Assembly: GCA_041660105.1 (NCBI GenBank)
Contig: JBAZWZ010000003.1
Location: 25,527 to 89,526 of the forward strand
Source of the DNA: Minisyncoccota bacterium
GTDB taxonomy: Bacteria > Patescibacteriota > Minisyncoccia > Phycocordibacterales > UBA1550
DNA: 64,000 nt
Reading direction: 5' to 3'
Shown here: positions 10,113 to 18,820 of the stretch, one piece after another
How the letters are laid out: each line of letters starts with the position of its first letter
Position numbering within the stretch: position 1 is the stretch's first letter
Made by a program: the position numbers and the translations under genes
The notes under the pieces: model-generated
Database searches by the model: none
Seen by the model: the letters and a program-made list of their open reading frames with translations, nothing else
Told to the model about the DNA's origin: nothing

Positions 10113-10901
10113 TTATTTCTTTTGACTGAACAGTGATCCTGTTTGAGAAACCATCGAGAGTCCACTGTTGTATTTTGCAATACCTCGCATCCCCACGACG
10201 GGATCATTGATAATACTTTTCAGATCAATAACCCCAGAGAGAATGGTGGCATAACTCTCAATCATATACAGATGAAGACTAATCTCAGAACGAGGAACTT
10301 TTATAGAAAGAAGTGTGTTGATAAACTTTTGATAAACTGATATAGATTTTGAGAGAGGATTAAGTAGTGTTGCATCCCCCGCGCTGATTGCTTTATTTAC
10401 AACGGTAAGCTCCTCAAATATATCCTCACTAAAAAGTGTGTTGATGGCTTCAAGCATAGATTTTTTATACTGAGTGACTGCAGAAGTGCTTGTTTCTATA
10501 ACCACCAAGTCCTTTTCAGAATATACTTTTGTTGTGATTGCCGCTGGGGTAGTATCAAGAAGATTTTGAGCAAGAAGCGATACATCTTCGTCGCTCATCG
10601 TCGTCGTCGACATCCCTGTTTGAAAGGCAGCGTAGCTACTGAGAAGTTTTTGAGCCATCAAGGCCGTTGTGGAAGTAGCCTCGGCTGAGGCTGGGTCGTT
10701 ACTTTTTTTAGAAGAACCAAACGTGGTCGACGATGATGTTTGAGGAACAACACTGAGGGAGTCCTTCCATCCCCTATCGGCTGCCGTCCCAAGCTTGTCA
10801 ACGTATGTTACAGACGTACTTTTCCACGCAAAGAACACAATGCCTATCCCAACAAGAACTGCAAATAAAATAGAGAGTGTTTTTTTGTATTGCAATATCA
10901 T
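10113..10901 (-). CDS. Membrane-anchored hypothetical protein
   Basis: N-terminal TM; helical C-terminus with DPV.G. Confidence 0.65.
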   Translation of the reverse strand: MILQYKKTLSILFAVLVGIGIVFFAWKSTSVTYVDKLGTAADRGWKDSLSVVPQTSSSTTFGSSKKSNDPASAEATSTTALMAQKLLSSYAAFQTGMSTTTMSDEDVSLLAQNLLDTTPAAITTKVYSEKDLVVIETSTSAVTQYKKSMLEAINTLFSEDIFEELTVVNKAISAGDATLLNPLSKSISVYQKFINTLLSIKVPRSEISLHLYMIESYATILSGVIDLKSIINDPVVGMRGIAKYNSGLSMVSQTGSLFSQKK

Positions 10902-10980
10902 AATATGCAGTCCTTATACATATTGTACCAGAGAAGTTTTATAAAATATAGGGAATATTGCTATTTTGTGCACAGCTTAA

Positions 10981-12000
10981 CTACTTATAATAGTAACTTG
11001 TGATTGCTTCAAGGGCAACCGCGGTTGTATAGGAGCGACTACCCCCTTTCAGCGTATCCCCTTTGTAGAAGTCTCCAAGGCTCCAGCCTCCATCATTTTG
11101 TTGAGTTCTGAACAGGTAATCAAAAGATTTATTATAAAAATCTTTATTTTGGTATCCAAAATCAATCAAAGCATTTAAAGCAAGAGCTGTAGTAAATTCA
11201 TTATCTCCAATAATCCCTGTTTTCTTTTGTGAGCCTACAATTTTTTGAATAATAAGCTCTTTTTCGTTCCCAAAACAATCGACCCCCTCGTTGTATGCTC
11301 GAGCCATTGCGTAATACAAATCATAATCATCAATATACCAGTAATGAGAGTTAGATTCTTGCCCTTCTTTGATTAGGCGAGATGTGTAATCGCAAATTTT
11401 TGAGCTCGTAATGTTGTTATTTAAATACAGGGCAACATTTACGTTTACAACCGAATCCGTGTCATTCCTTGCCCCGTTTTCCTTAAACCATGTGTAGTAG
11501 ATTCCGCTATCGTTTACATTTTTATTTATAATTTTGTGATTATCGCTGATTCCATACCCATGCTTTTCTAGCAGGTAAGAGATTAGGGCTGTGTCGTCTA
11601 TGTCTGGAGTGACAGAATCTTTGGGGAAAAACCTCCAAATATTATTTGTTGGTCTATTTTTTATAAAAAAATCGATGCTTTTTTCTCTTACTAAATCAAG
11701 ATAATCATTTGTATATCTCTCAGAAATCTTATCAAGAGAGTAAAGAGACGATGCTGTCATAAAAAAGGATTCATCTGGAAGACAACTTTTTAATATTTTT
11801 GTATTTATACAAAAAGAAGATTGTATTTCCCCCGTCGGTAGCTGGTTTTTGTAAATGTATATCACCCCTTTTGCAACGACGCTCTTTAGTTGTTGCTTCT
11901 GGTTTCCTAAAATGACTACACTCAATAGACTAAAAAGTAAAACAAAAATCAGTGTGCCCAAGAGTGGTTTATTCTTTTTCATATTGTTGTAGTTTAACAT
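10981..12000 (-). CDS. Prenyltransferase/squalene-oxidase-repeat protein, monodomain class II terpene cyclase-like (alternative start 11982)
   Basis: PDIDDTA (DxDDTA), QQNDGGW QW motif, TTALAL and TTAVAL helices; N-terminal anchor; AT-rich. Confidence 0.65.
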   Translation of the reverse strand: MLNYNNMKKNKPLLGTLIFVLLFSLLSVVILGNQKQQLKSVVAKGVIYIYKNQLPTGEIQSSFCINTKILKSCLPDESFFMTASSLYSLDKISERYTNDYLDLVREKSIDFFIKNRPTNNIWRFFPKDSVTPDIDDTALISYLLEKHGYGISDNHKIINKNVNDSGIYYTWFKENGARNDTDSVVNVNVALYLNNNITSSKICDYTSRLIKEGQESNSHYWYIDDYDLYYAMARAYNEGVDCFGNEKELIIQKIVGSQKKTGIIGDNEFTTALALNALIDFGYQNKDFYNKSFDYLFRTQQNDGGWSLGDFYKGDTLKGGSRSYTTAVALEAITSYYYK

Positions 12001-12018
12001 ATCGTCGTTATCTTAAAA

Positions 12019-12056
12019 CCAAAGCCCCGCTTGGTGTATACCAAGCGGGGCTTTGG
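12019..12056. terminator. Hairpin after the surface-protein gene
   Basis: CCAAAGCCCCGCTTGGT / ACCAAGCGGGGCTTTGG inverted repeat. Confidence 0.7.
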
Positions 12057-12066
12057 AGAACTAATT

Positions 12067-14301
12067 TTACCAGTCACTGCCACCACCAGACGAAGGTGTT
12101 GGAGTAATTTTTACTGTTATTGACTGCTCTACTTTCCCAGGGGGTGTTAGTCCTGGTTTTGCAATTGGACCATAACAAACAAGGGTAACAACGGCTGGAG
12201 GATTTGAGGGGGTTGTGACAAATCCTGTGTTGGTCCCCTCCATTCGGGTCCCATCACCAGCTTCGACAGTAATTGTTGATGTAGTGCCCCCTGAATCTCC
12301 GAATCCTGGGTTGGTCACCGTTCTTTGTTCACTGTGTTTTGGTACCTGAGAGCCTACATAGCCAGGCTTTACACGCGCTTTTCCTTGAGCCGTGACACTA
12401 CCAAGAAGCCCTCTTACGGAACTCCATGTTGTGGTTGCGGTTTCTCTCTCATCAAATATTTCAAGATATGCATCTGCTCCAATCTTACAACTGGAAGCAT
12501 TTGAAGCAGCCCAGCGAATTTCCGACCAATCACCAACCTTTGCTTCGGCAATAGCATCTGGGTCTGCTTTGAATTCCTCAATTTCTGGAGGGGCGTTATA
12601 GAGACCCCCTGATGTGTCAAGTCGAAGATCTCCCCAGTTTGTCACTGTGTATCCAGCACCAACGCACTTAAACTCCAAATTAACTTTTGTTGAAACACCA
12701 CTAACAAATTTCAAAGTTACAGAATCATCAAACAATACACGTGATGTGCTCGAAATTGGAAACGAGTCATTTTTTTCAAAAGGGGTTTCACTACTTCCTT
12801 GGACCGCCAAAGCCTTCCCATCGAGAACCTTGATAACACAACTATCTGCATCTTTGATTTTCCACCAAATCGTACCAATTTCATTTCGTGCGATAACTCC
12901 ATCATTTGGTGTTGTTCCTACGGTTATCTTTGGTCCCGGAGTTCCTGTTCCTACGGTTATTGGTTCAACTGATGATGAGTTCCAGTTGAGAAAATGTGAG
13001 GCGCTGTTCGTAGTTCCGCCCCCTGAGCACTTAATAATAAACTCAACATTGTTGTCATTCCCGCTTATCTTTACCTTCCAGGACCCCGACATTGATGGAA
13101 GCGCCTGCGTAAATCCTGAGTATGTTGACCCATAAGTGTTTGTTTTTCCGTCTGCGAGGACAACGGTTATCTGCCTCATATTTTGTATGGTGCAAGAGGT
13201 TGCCTCTGTTACTTTCCAAGACACCGTCGAGGTTTCGCCAAAACCGATCGTATCGGGGCTCATAGTAAGACTGATTTGTGGACCAACAGGGTTTGTGCTT
13301 GTTGCTGTATAGCTTGTTGAATTGGTTGTATTTGTTCCACTCCCTGTGTTTGTCCCACTGCCTGTATTCGTACCACTACCACTTCCGGTGTTCGTCCCAC
13401 TTCCTGTGTTTGTGCCACTCCCACTACCTGTATTTGTACCGCTACCTGCATCTGTGCTTGCTCCTACGGCAACTCGAATACAAGCCGATTTTTCAAACAA
13501 TGTTGAGCTTTTTTGAGCAGTCTGACAGTCACTGCTGGAGAGGAATGTTGAAGTTTGAAAAGGAGTATTTGGTCCTGCGTCAGCTTTCCCTTTAAAAATG
13601 TATACATATTTGTCAGAGCTTCCTGTGGTTGTTGGCTTCACGATACCGATAGTAACTGATTTTTTTGCAGTGCCGTTTGCTCCCGTACAGCTAATATCGA
13701 AAGTATAAGGTGTTTGAGGCGAAACAGTTTTGGTCCCTGTTAGTCGCAGTGTGTTGCCTGCCCCATCAACACATCTTGTTGTATTGAGTGTCGTCCAAGA
13801 AATTATTGACTGAGAATTTGCCTTGACCTCAATAGGAAAAGCAGTGATGTTTATGATTGGATATGTCGTAACAGCAACCTTGATTGATTGAATAGTTGTA
13901 CCTTTTGGATTTGTGCATACAATATCCATTGTGTAGTCTTCCCTTGGAGTTATGGAGAGACTGCCATTCAGGCGAAGGGCGTTACCGTTACTGTCTGCAC
14001 AGCTCGTTGCATTTGTTGAGTTCCAGGAAATAATAGCTGATTGCCCAGGAGAAACGACAGGTACATCTGCGGACACGGTAACAAGTGGAACAACAAGGTT
14101 TTGGGAACTCGTCGACACACCTTCTGTAGGAGTCGGAAATGAGTAAGTATCTTTAACTTGCCCAGTTTGACCTTCGTTTTGAGGCGCAACCGCCCCTCTT
14201 GTGTAAATAAACACAATCGCAATAATAACAACAAGCACGATAAGACCAATAATAAGAAACTTTTTTTTCTTCTCGTCCTGCATAATATTATTTATGTCCA
14301 T
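12067..14301 (-). CDS. Large membrane-anchored surface protein with repeated Ig-like modules and a GSGTNT low-complexity linker
   Basis: N-terminal TM; repeated SW..TNA.SC ... C.G..G modules; (GS)GTNT tandem repeats at about 13330-13450. Confidence 0.75.
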   Translation of the reverse strand: MDINNIMQDEKKKKFLIIGLIVLVVIIAIVFIYTRGAVAPQNEGQTGQVKDTYSFPTPTEGVSTSSQNLVVPLVTVSADVPVVSPGQSAIISWNSTNATSCADSNGNALRLNGSLSITPREDYTMDIVCTNPKGTTIQSIKVAVTTYPIINITAFPIEVKANSQSIISWTTLNTTRCVDGAGNTLRLTGTKTVSPQTPYTFDISCTGANGTAKKSVTIGIVKPTTTGSSDKYVYIFKGKADAGPNTPFQTSTFLSSSDCQTAQKSSTLFEKSACIRVAVGASTDAGSGTNTGSGSGTNTGSGTNTGSGSGTNTGSGTNTGSGTNTTNSTSYTATSTNPVGPQISLTMSPDTIGFGETSTVSWKVTEATSCTIQNMRQITVVLADGKTNTYGSTYSGFTQALPSMSGSWKVKISGNDNNVEFIIKCSGGGTTNSASHFLNWNSSSVEPITVGTGTPGPKITVGTTPNDGVIARNEIGTIWWKIKDADSCVIKVLDGKALAVQGSSETPFEKNDSFPISSTSRVLFDDSVTLKFVSGVSTKVNLEFKCVGAGYTVTNWGDLRLDTSGGLYNAPPEIEEFKADPDAIAEAKVGDWSEIRWAASNASSCKIGADAYLEIFDERETATTTWSSVRGLLGSVTAQGKARVKPGYVGSQVPKHSEQRTVTNPGFGDSGGTTSTITVEAGDGTRMEGTNTGFVTTPSNPPAVVTLVCYGPIAKPGLTPPGKVEQSITVKITPTPSSGGGSDW

Positions 14302-14324
14302 ATTTTTATTATAATTGATTTAAG

Positions 14325-14559
14325 TATACCCCCACACCTACTTTTTGCATAGTAAGTTATACACAGAAATGTATTTAGAGAACAACCGTCCTAAATACAT
14401 AGTGTGGTGGCGACGTAAAAGTAGGTGTGGGGGTGTACCCCCTGCCCAGTTCTCTTGCCTACTTTTTGCATAGTAAGTTATACACAGAAATGTATTTAGA
14501 GAACAACCGTCCTAAATACATAGTGTGGTGGCGACGTAAAAGTAGGTGTGGGGGGTATA
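14325..14559. mobile_element. MITE-like element with 21-bp TIR (TATACCCCCACACCTACTTTT); tandem duplication of a ~98-bp unit
   Basis: 14337-14434 repeated at 14458-14556; TIRs at both ends; related copies at 18556 and 31387. Confidence 0.8.
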
Positions 14560-14605
14560 ACACTGCATACTAGTTAAGCATAGTTGCGTGTGGTAAAATC
14601 TCAAT

Positions 14606-15631
14606 ATGAACATAAAGAGCAAGGTATTAATTGTATTGTGCCTCTGTCTTGCCCCTGCCTTTTCTTCGGCTCAGGCAGGAGCGTTTGGTACCAACCTCTC
14701 TTTGGGGACGAAAGGAGAAGATGTGCGCGCGCTACAAAAACTTCTTAATCTTGATAAAGACACACTTGTTGCAGACACAGGAGCCGGCTCACTTGGTAAC
14801 GAAACAGACTATTTTGGACCTGCAACCAAGCGCGCGCTTATAAAATTTCAGAATAAATACGCGTCAGAAATCCTTTTTCCTCTTGGGATGAGCACAGGGA
14901 ATGGATATTTTGGAGCGAGAACAAGAGAAAAGGCAAATTCTCTCACTGCAAACCTTACGACCTTAATAAATAGTACTATTGGACTATTCACTTCTCCTAT
15001 TGTTGAGACCCCCGTGACCCTCGTAACAGCAACCACCTCAACGAAGAGCGAGGTAAAACTCCCTGTTGAAAAAGGAACAGTAATCGTTATGATGCCTTCA
15101 CGATACTCAGGAAAGCCAGGAACCACAATCACTCTTTCTGGTGCGGGATTTACTTCTACTGATAACACAGTATATTTTGGGACCAATCACGCTCTTGCGG
15201 GGGTAACGTCATTCAATGGACAATCAGTCACGTTTAAGGTTCCTGCAATTCCAAAAGGTATCTACTCCTCTCTCTATGTGGTAAACGCTCGCGGGGAAAG
15301 TAATAAGGATCAGTGGTTTATCGTAACTGACGGCGTATCCCCTGAACCAAAAATAGAAAAGTTTGAACCAGGCATTGTTTCTCGTGGCAGCACCGTAGTA
15401 ATTAAGGGAGCTGGATTTTCTAAGGACAAAAACGCAATTATTGTAAGCGGTATAGGGTTATTTAAAAATGTTCCATCTGTGGACGGGGCATCAATCTCGC
15501 TCGTTATCCCAAAGGATGCTTTCCCTGTAAAATATTCCCCTACCATAGCAAACCCTACCTTCTCCTCCTCTGTGCGCGTGCTCAATGAAAATGGTGTAAG
15601 TAATTTAGGGAAACTCACACTTAGCTTGTAA
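14606..15631 (+). CDS. Secreted peptidoglycan-binding domain protein with IPT/TIG (Ig-like) domains
   Basis: LSLG..GEDVRALQKLLN...YFGPATKRALIKFQ; two G..ITL.G.GF....N.V modules. Confidence 0.8.
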   Translation: MNIKSKVLIVLCLCLAPAFSSAQAGAFGTNLSLGTKGEDVRALQKLLNLDKDTLVADTGAGSLGNETDYFGPATKRALIKFQNKYASEILFPLGMSTGNGYFGARTREKANSLTANLTTLINSTIGLFTSPIVETPVTLVTATTSTKSEVKLPVEKGTVIVMMPSRYSGKPGTTITLSGAGFTSTDNTVYFGTNHALAGVTSFNGQSVTFKVPAIPKGIYSSLYVVNARGESNKDQWFIVTDGVSPEPKIEKFEPGIVSRGSTVVIKGAGFSKDKNAIIVSGIGLFKNVPSVDGASISLVIPKDAFPVKYSPTIANPTFSSSVRVLNENGVSNLGKLTLSL

Positions 15632-15681
15632 GATGGGGCTTTGAGGTTGTTAATACGGTTGTTGTGTGAAATAATTAAAAA

Positions 15682-16137
15682 ATGAAAGTATTTAATATTA
15701 TAAAAAGATATAAATTGTCCCTCTCAATTATTTTTTGTACAGTGCTTATTTCTGGTGCTCTTGTGTATAAAATTAAAAAAAGCGAAGCACTAGGTTATTT
15801 TGGTTTTGGGGGGTACGTGACCTCGGTGGTTATTTGTACGTGTTCTGCAGTCCCGACCTATTATGTAACCATTGGACCACCGCTTGGTGGGAGCTTCCTT
15901 CTTATGGAGGGAGTAAGTGAACCTTATGCCAACTGGGATATTTTTGGAACAAATTGGACTTTTGTGGGGACTGACACCTTTATTATGGAACCCGCTGGTC
16001 CCTGGGTCCTTGGGGCGTACACTCCAGGAGTTGGTGTGGGATGTATGATGGTGGGAGAGCCTTGTTATCCTTATGCTCCTGCACTGGGAACGATTCGACC
16101 ATACGGTACTTCCCTTGGGTCAGTTACTGGAATTTAA
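15682..16137 (+). CDS. Small exported Cys/Gly-rich protein
   Basis: N-terminal TM; FGGYV....CTCS; WVLGAY. Confidence 0.65.
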   Translation: MKVFNIIKRYKLSLSIIFCTVLISGALVYKIKKSEALGYFGFGGYVTSVVICTCSAVPTYYVTIGPPLGGSFLLMEGVSEPYANWDIFGTNWTFVGTDTFIMEPAGPWVLGAYTPGVGVGCMMVGEPCYPYAPALGTIRPYGTSLGSVTGI

Positions 16138-16927
16138 TTTGGAGAAGGTTCAGCCAATCCTTAAGGGTGAGGTTTTCTGCGCGGGCCTTGTCTTTGATGT
16201 TTGCCGCCACAAAAATCTCAATAGTTTTGTCGCCAAAAAGTTCTTTCAGGTTTCCTGCAAGAACTTTTCTTTTGTGAGCGAAGCCTGCGCGGACGATTTT
16301 GAAAAACTTTTCTTCCTCTTTTTTATTTTTAAAATTTTTGTTTGAAATGTTTTCAATAGAGAGAACTGCTGAGTCAACTTTTGGAGTTGGGCTGAAGTAT
16401 CGCGCGGGAACTTTTTTTATAAACTTCGGTGTGCCGTACACTTTTACCGCAATGGATAGAATACTTTCTTTTTTATCGCGCGCAACGATGCGTGTTGCTA
16501 CTTCTTTCTGTACCATAAGAACCATTTTTGTTGGTTTGTTTTTTGCTTCAAGAAACATGCGAATGATTTGGCCCGTGAGATAGTAAGGTATATTGGCGAC
16601 AAGCTTGTAGTCTTGCCCGCCTAAGTTTTTTGAAAAAAAAGTTTGGTGGGTGGTGAGTTCTACAATATCGCCATGAATGAGGGTAAATTGTTTAATTTTG
16701 ATTTGCTCGGCAAACTTTTCAGTGAGTAATGGAATCATACGGTCATCTTTTTCTACAGCGATGACGAGAGCGCCAGAAGCAAGAAGCTCAGAAGTGAGAA
16801 ATCCTTTCCCGGGGCCTATCTCAAGCACAGTTTCTCCAGTAGTGAGACTCGCAGCACGCACAATATCTCTCGCCACTGTTTTAGAGTTGAGAAAATTCTG
16901 CCCGAGTGATTTCTTGGCGTGAATCAT
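16124..16927 (-). CDS. rsmA: 16S rRNA adenine dimethyltransferase KsgA/RsmA
   Basis: KKSLGQNFL, EIGPGKG, ANIPYY, PKVDSA. Confidence 0.95.
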   Translation of the reverse strand: MIHAKKSLGQNFLNSKTVARDIVRAASLTTGETVLEIGPGKGFLTSELLASGALVIAVEKDDRMIPLLTEKFAEQIKIKQFTLIHGDIVELTTHQTFFSKNLGGQDYKLVANIPYYLTGQIIRMFLEAKNKPTKMVLMVQKEVATRIVARDKKESILSIAVKVYGTPKFIKKVPARYFSPTPKVDSAVLSIENISNKNFKNKKEEEKFFKIVRAGFAHKRKVLAGNLKELFGDKTIEIFVAANIKDKARAENLTLKDWLNLLQIKFQ

Positions 16928-16933
16928 AAAAGA

Positions 16934-18547
16934 TTAGTGAAAGAAGATTGAAACAAGACAGAACACAAAAAACAGGAAGAATATATAGCGCTCCTTGTAT
17001 GGCTTTCTTACGCAAAGCCAGTATCCAATGATTGCAGTCGGGAGGGCAATACTGTAGGTCGTAAAGAACGGAAGGAAAAATGGCGCCAATATAAAGCTTA
17101 ACGCAAGAAGGAACCCCACAACTTCATTTCCATATTTTCCAAAGATGACAGGGAGGGTCTTTATTCCCGCCTTACGGTCCCCCTCTACATCTTTGATATC
17201 ACGGATATTAACTCCTAGCGTGAAAATAATAAGAATACCGATTGCGTAAGACACAGGAAATTCAGTGATTATTTTGCCTGATGAGACAAAAAAGAAACCA
17301 GCAAATACCGTCGCAAGGACAGCAATTGAAATTAGGAATGAAGAAAAGAGAGGGACTTGCTTGAGGCGGAATGGAGGCGCTGAGTAAAGGTAGTATGCAC
17401 TGATGAATATCGCGCTCATGAAAAAAGCAAAATAACCAACAATATATGCCCCGATAAGTGACAAGAGAAGCCATACATAACTAATCTCGTGCATTTCTCG
17501 GACGGTGACAGCCCCTCTTGGTAAGGGTCTATCAGGGTTTGATATTTTATCGATCTCAATATCAGCGAGGTCATTTACGTGTGTTGCAAACATGCAGGCG
17601 CTAAACCACGAGAGAGAAAGAACCGTGAAGCTGAGCCAATCTACCCAAGTAAACATGATGGGGAATCTCGAGTATGCGCTCAGAGACCCCATTCCGAGCA
17701 AACTTAAACATAGAAAGATTCGTGTTGTACGGATGTTGCCCAAAACTGCAAGAGCTGTTTTTTTGTGTGCGTACCAAAACCATGCTAACCCAAAAATAAA
17801 AAACAGGAGGTAGAGCACCTGGGATAGTAAAGTATTTCGACCATTCATAGAGAGAACCGAGGGAGTGCTGTATAGAAGTTCCCCATGAAGGATGTTTGTA
17901 GGAATGTTTGAACCCGCCACAGACCGTTGCATGAAACTAGTAACAGCTGAGGTGTCTGCTCCGTTTAATGGTATGTGTGAGACTGTATAAAGAATTCCAG
18001 GGAGGGCACCAATGATAAACATCAATGTATAGGAAACAAGAACAGCAACAACCGTAGAAATAATTTTTTTACTTTTCGTCTGAACATACCAACCGATAGC
18101 ACACAAAATGAGAAATACTTCAATCTGCATGCCAGGAGTTGCCCCATTTCCTACTCCGCCAAATGTAAGATAGTCCGCAAAAAGTTTAGGCCCAGTGTCA
18201 GCTATGTATGACATGTGTGCCACACCTCCTTTTGTAAGGATAAGATCAATAATCGGCGCTAGAAAGATAATAGGAAGGCCGTAGAGGGCCAAGTTGATGA
18301 CCCTATTTCCTCTCTGTTTTGTAAAAATAGATACTACAAGAGAAAGAATGAGTGCGACTACAACAAAACATATAAAATAATGAACGCGACGAAGGTTGCT
18401 GACGACAATGCCTGAGTATGGAGTATTAGAAAAAATCTCGATAAAAGAACGAATAACCACAACAGCGGTAAATCCCGCGATCCACTGGGGGATACTTGGG
18501 CTTGGGAAATCTCCGTCAATAATTTTTTTCACTAGTTTCTTTAACAT
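16934..18547 (-). CDS. UbiA-family prenyltransferase with additional N-terminal membrane domain
   Basis: NDLADIEID..NPDRPLP, YSAPPFRLK, DIKDVEGD; start placed at ATG 18547. Confidence 0.85.
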   Translation of the reverse strand: MLKKLVKKIIDGDFPSPSIPQWIAGFTAVVVIRSFIEIFSNTPYSGIVVSNLRRVHYFICFVVVALILSLVVSIFTKQRGNRVINLALYGLPIIFLAPIIDLILTKGGVAHMSYIADTGPKLFADYLTFGGVGNGATPGMQIEVFLILCAIGWYVQTKSKKIISTVVAVLVSYTLMFIIGALPGILYTVSHIPLNGADTSAVTSFMQRSVAGSNIPTNILHGELLYSTPSVLSMNGRNTLLSQVLYLLFFIFGLAWFWYAHKKTALAVLGNIRTTRIFLCLSLLGMGSLSAYSRFPIMFTWVDWLSFTVLSLSWFSACMFATHVNDLADIEIDKISNPDRPLPRGAVTVREMHEISYVWLLLSLIGAYIVGYFAFFMSAIFISAYYLYSAPPFRLKQVPLFSSFLISIAVLATVFAGFFFVSSGKIITEFPVSYAIGILIIFTLGVNIRDIKDVEGDRKAGIKTLPVIFGKYGNEVVGFLLALSFILAPFFLPFFTTYSIALPTAIIGYWLCVRKPYKERYIFFLFFVFCLVSIFFH

Positions 18548-18555
18548 AGTGACAG

Positions 18556-18787
18556 TATACCCCCACACTTACTTTTTGTATAATAATTATCTACAAAATT
18601 TAGTAGAAACATATTAAACCCGTTCATCTAATGATTGCCTATGCAAAAAGTAGGCAAGAGAACTGGGCAGGGCGTACACCCCCACACCTACTTTTACGTC
18701 GCCACCACACTATGTATTTAGGACGGTTGTTCTTAAAATACATTTCTGTGTATAACTTACTATGCAAAAAGTAGGTGTGGGGGTATA
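18556..18787. mobile_element. MITE-like element, same TIR family; 18639-18787 is an inverted copy of 14325-14473
   Basis: TATACCCCCACACTTACTTTT ... AAAAGTAGGTGTGGGGGTATA; near-identical interior in reverse orientation. Confidence 0.8.
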
Positions 18788-18820
18788 GCAGAATCAAGGA
18801 GGGTCTGCCCGCTGAACTAA

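Noticed and set aside
14337-14556. Direct repeats as a CRISPR array
   Set aside because: Only two ~98-bp units with one 23-bp linker, bounded by TIRs; no cas genes
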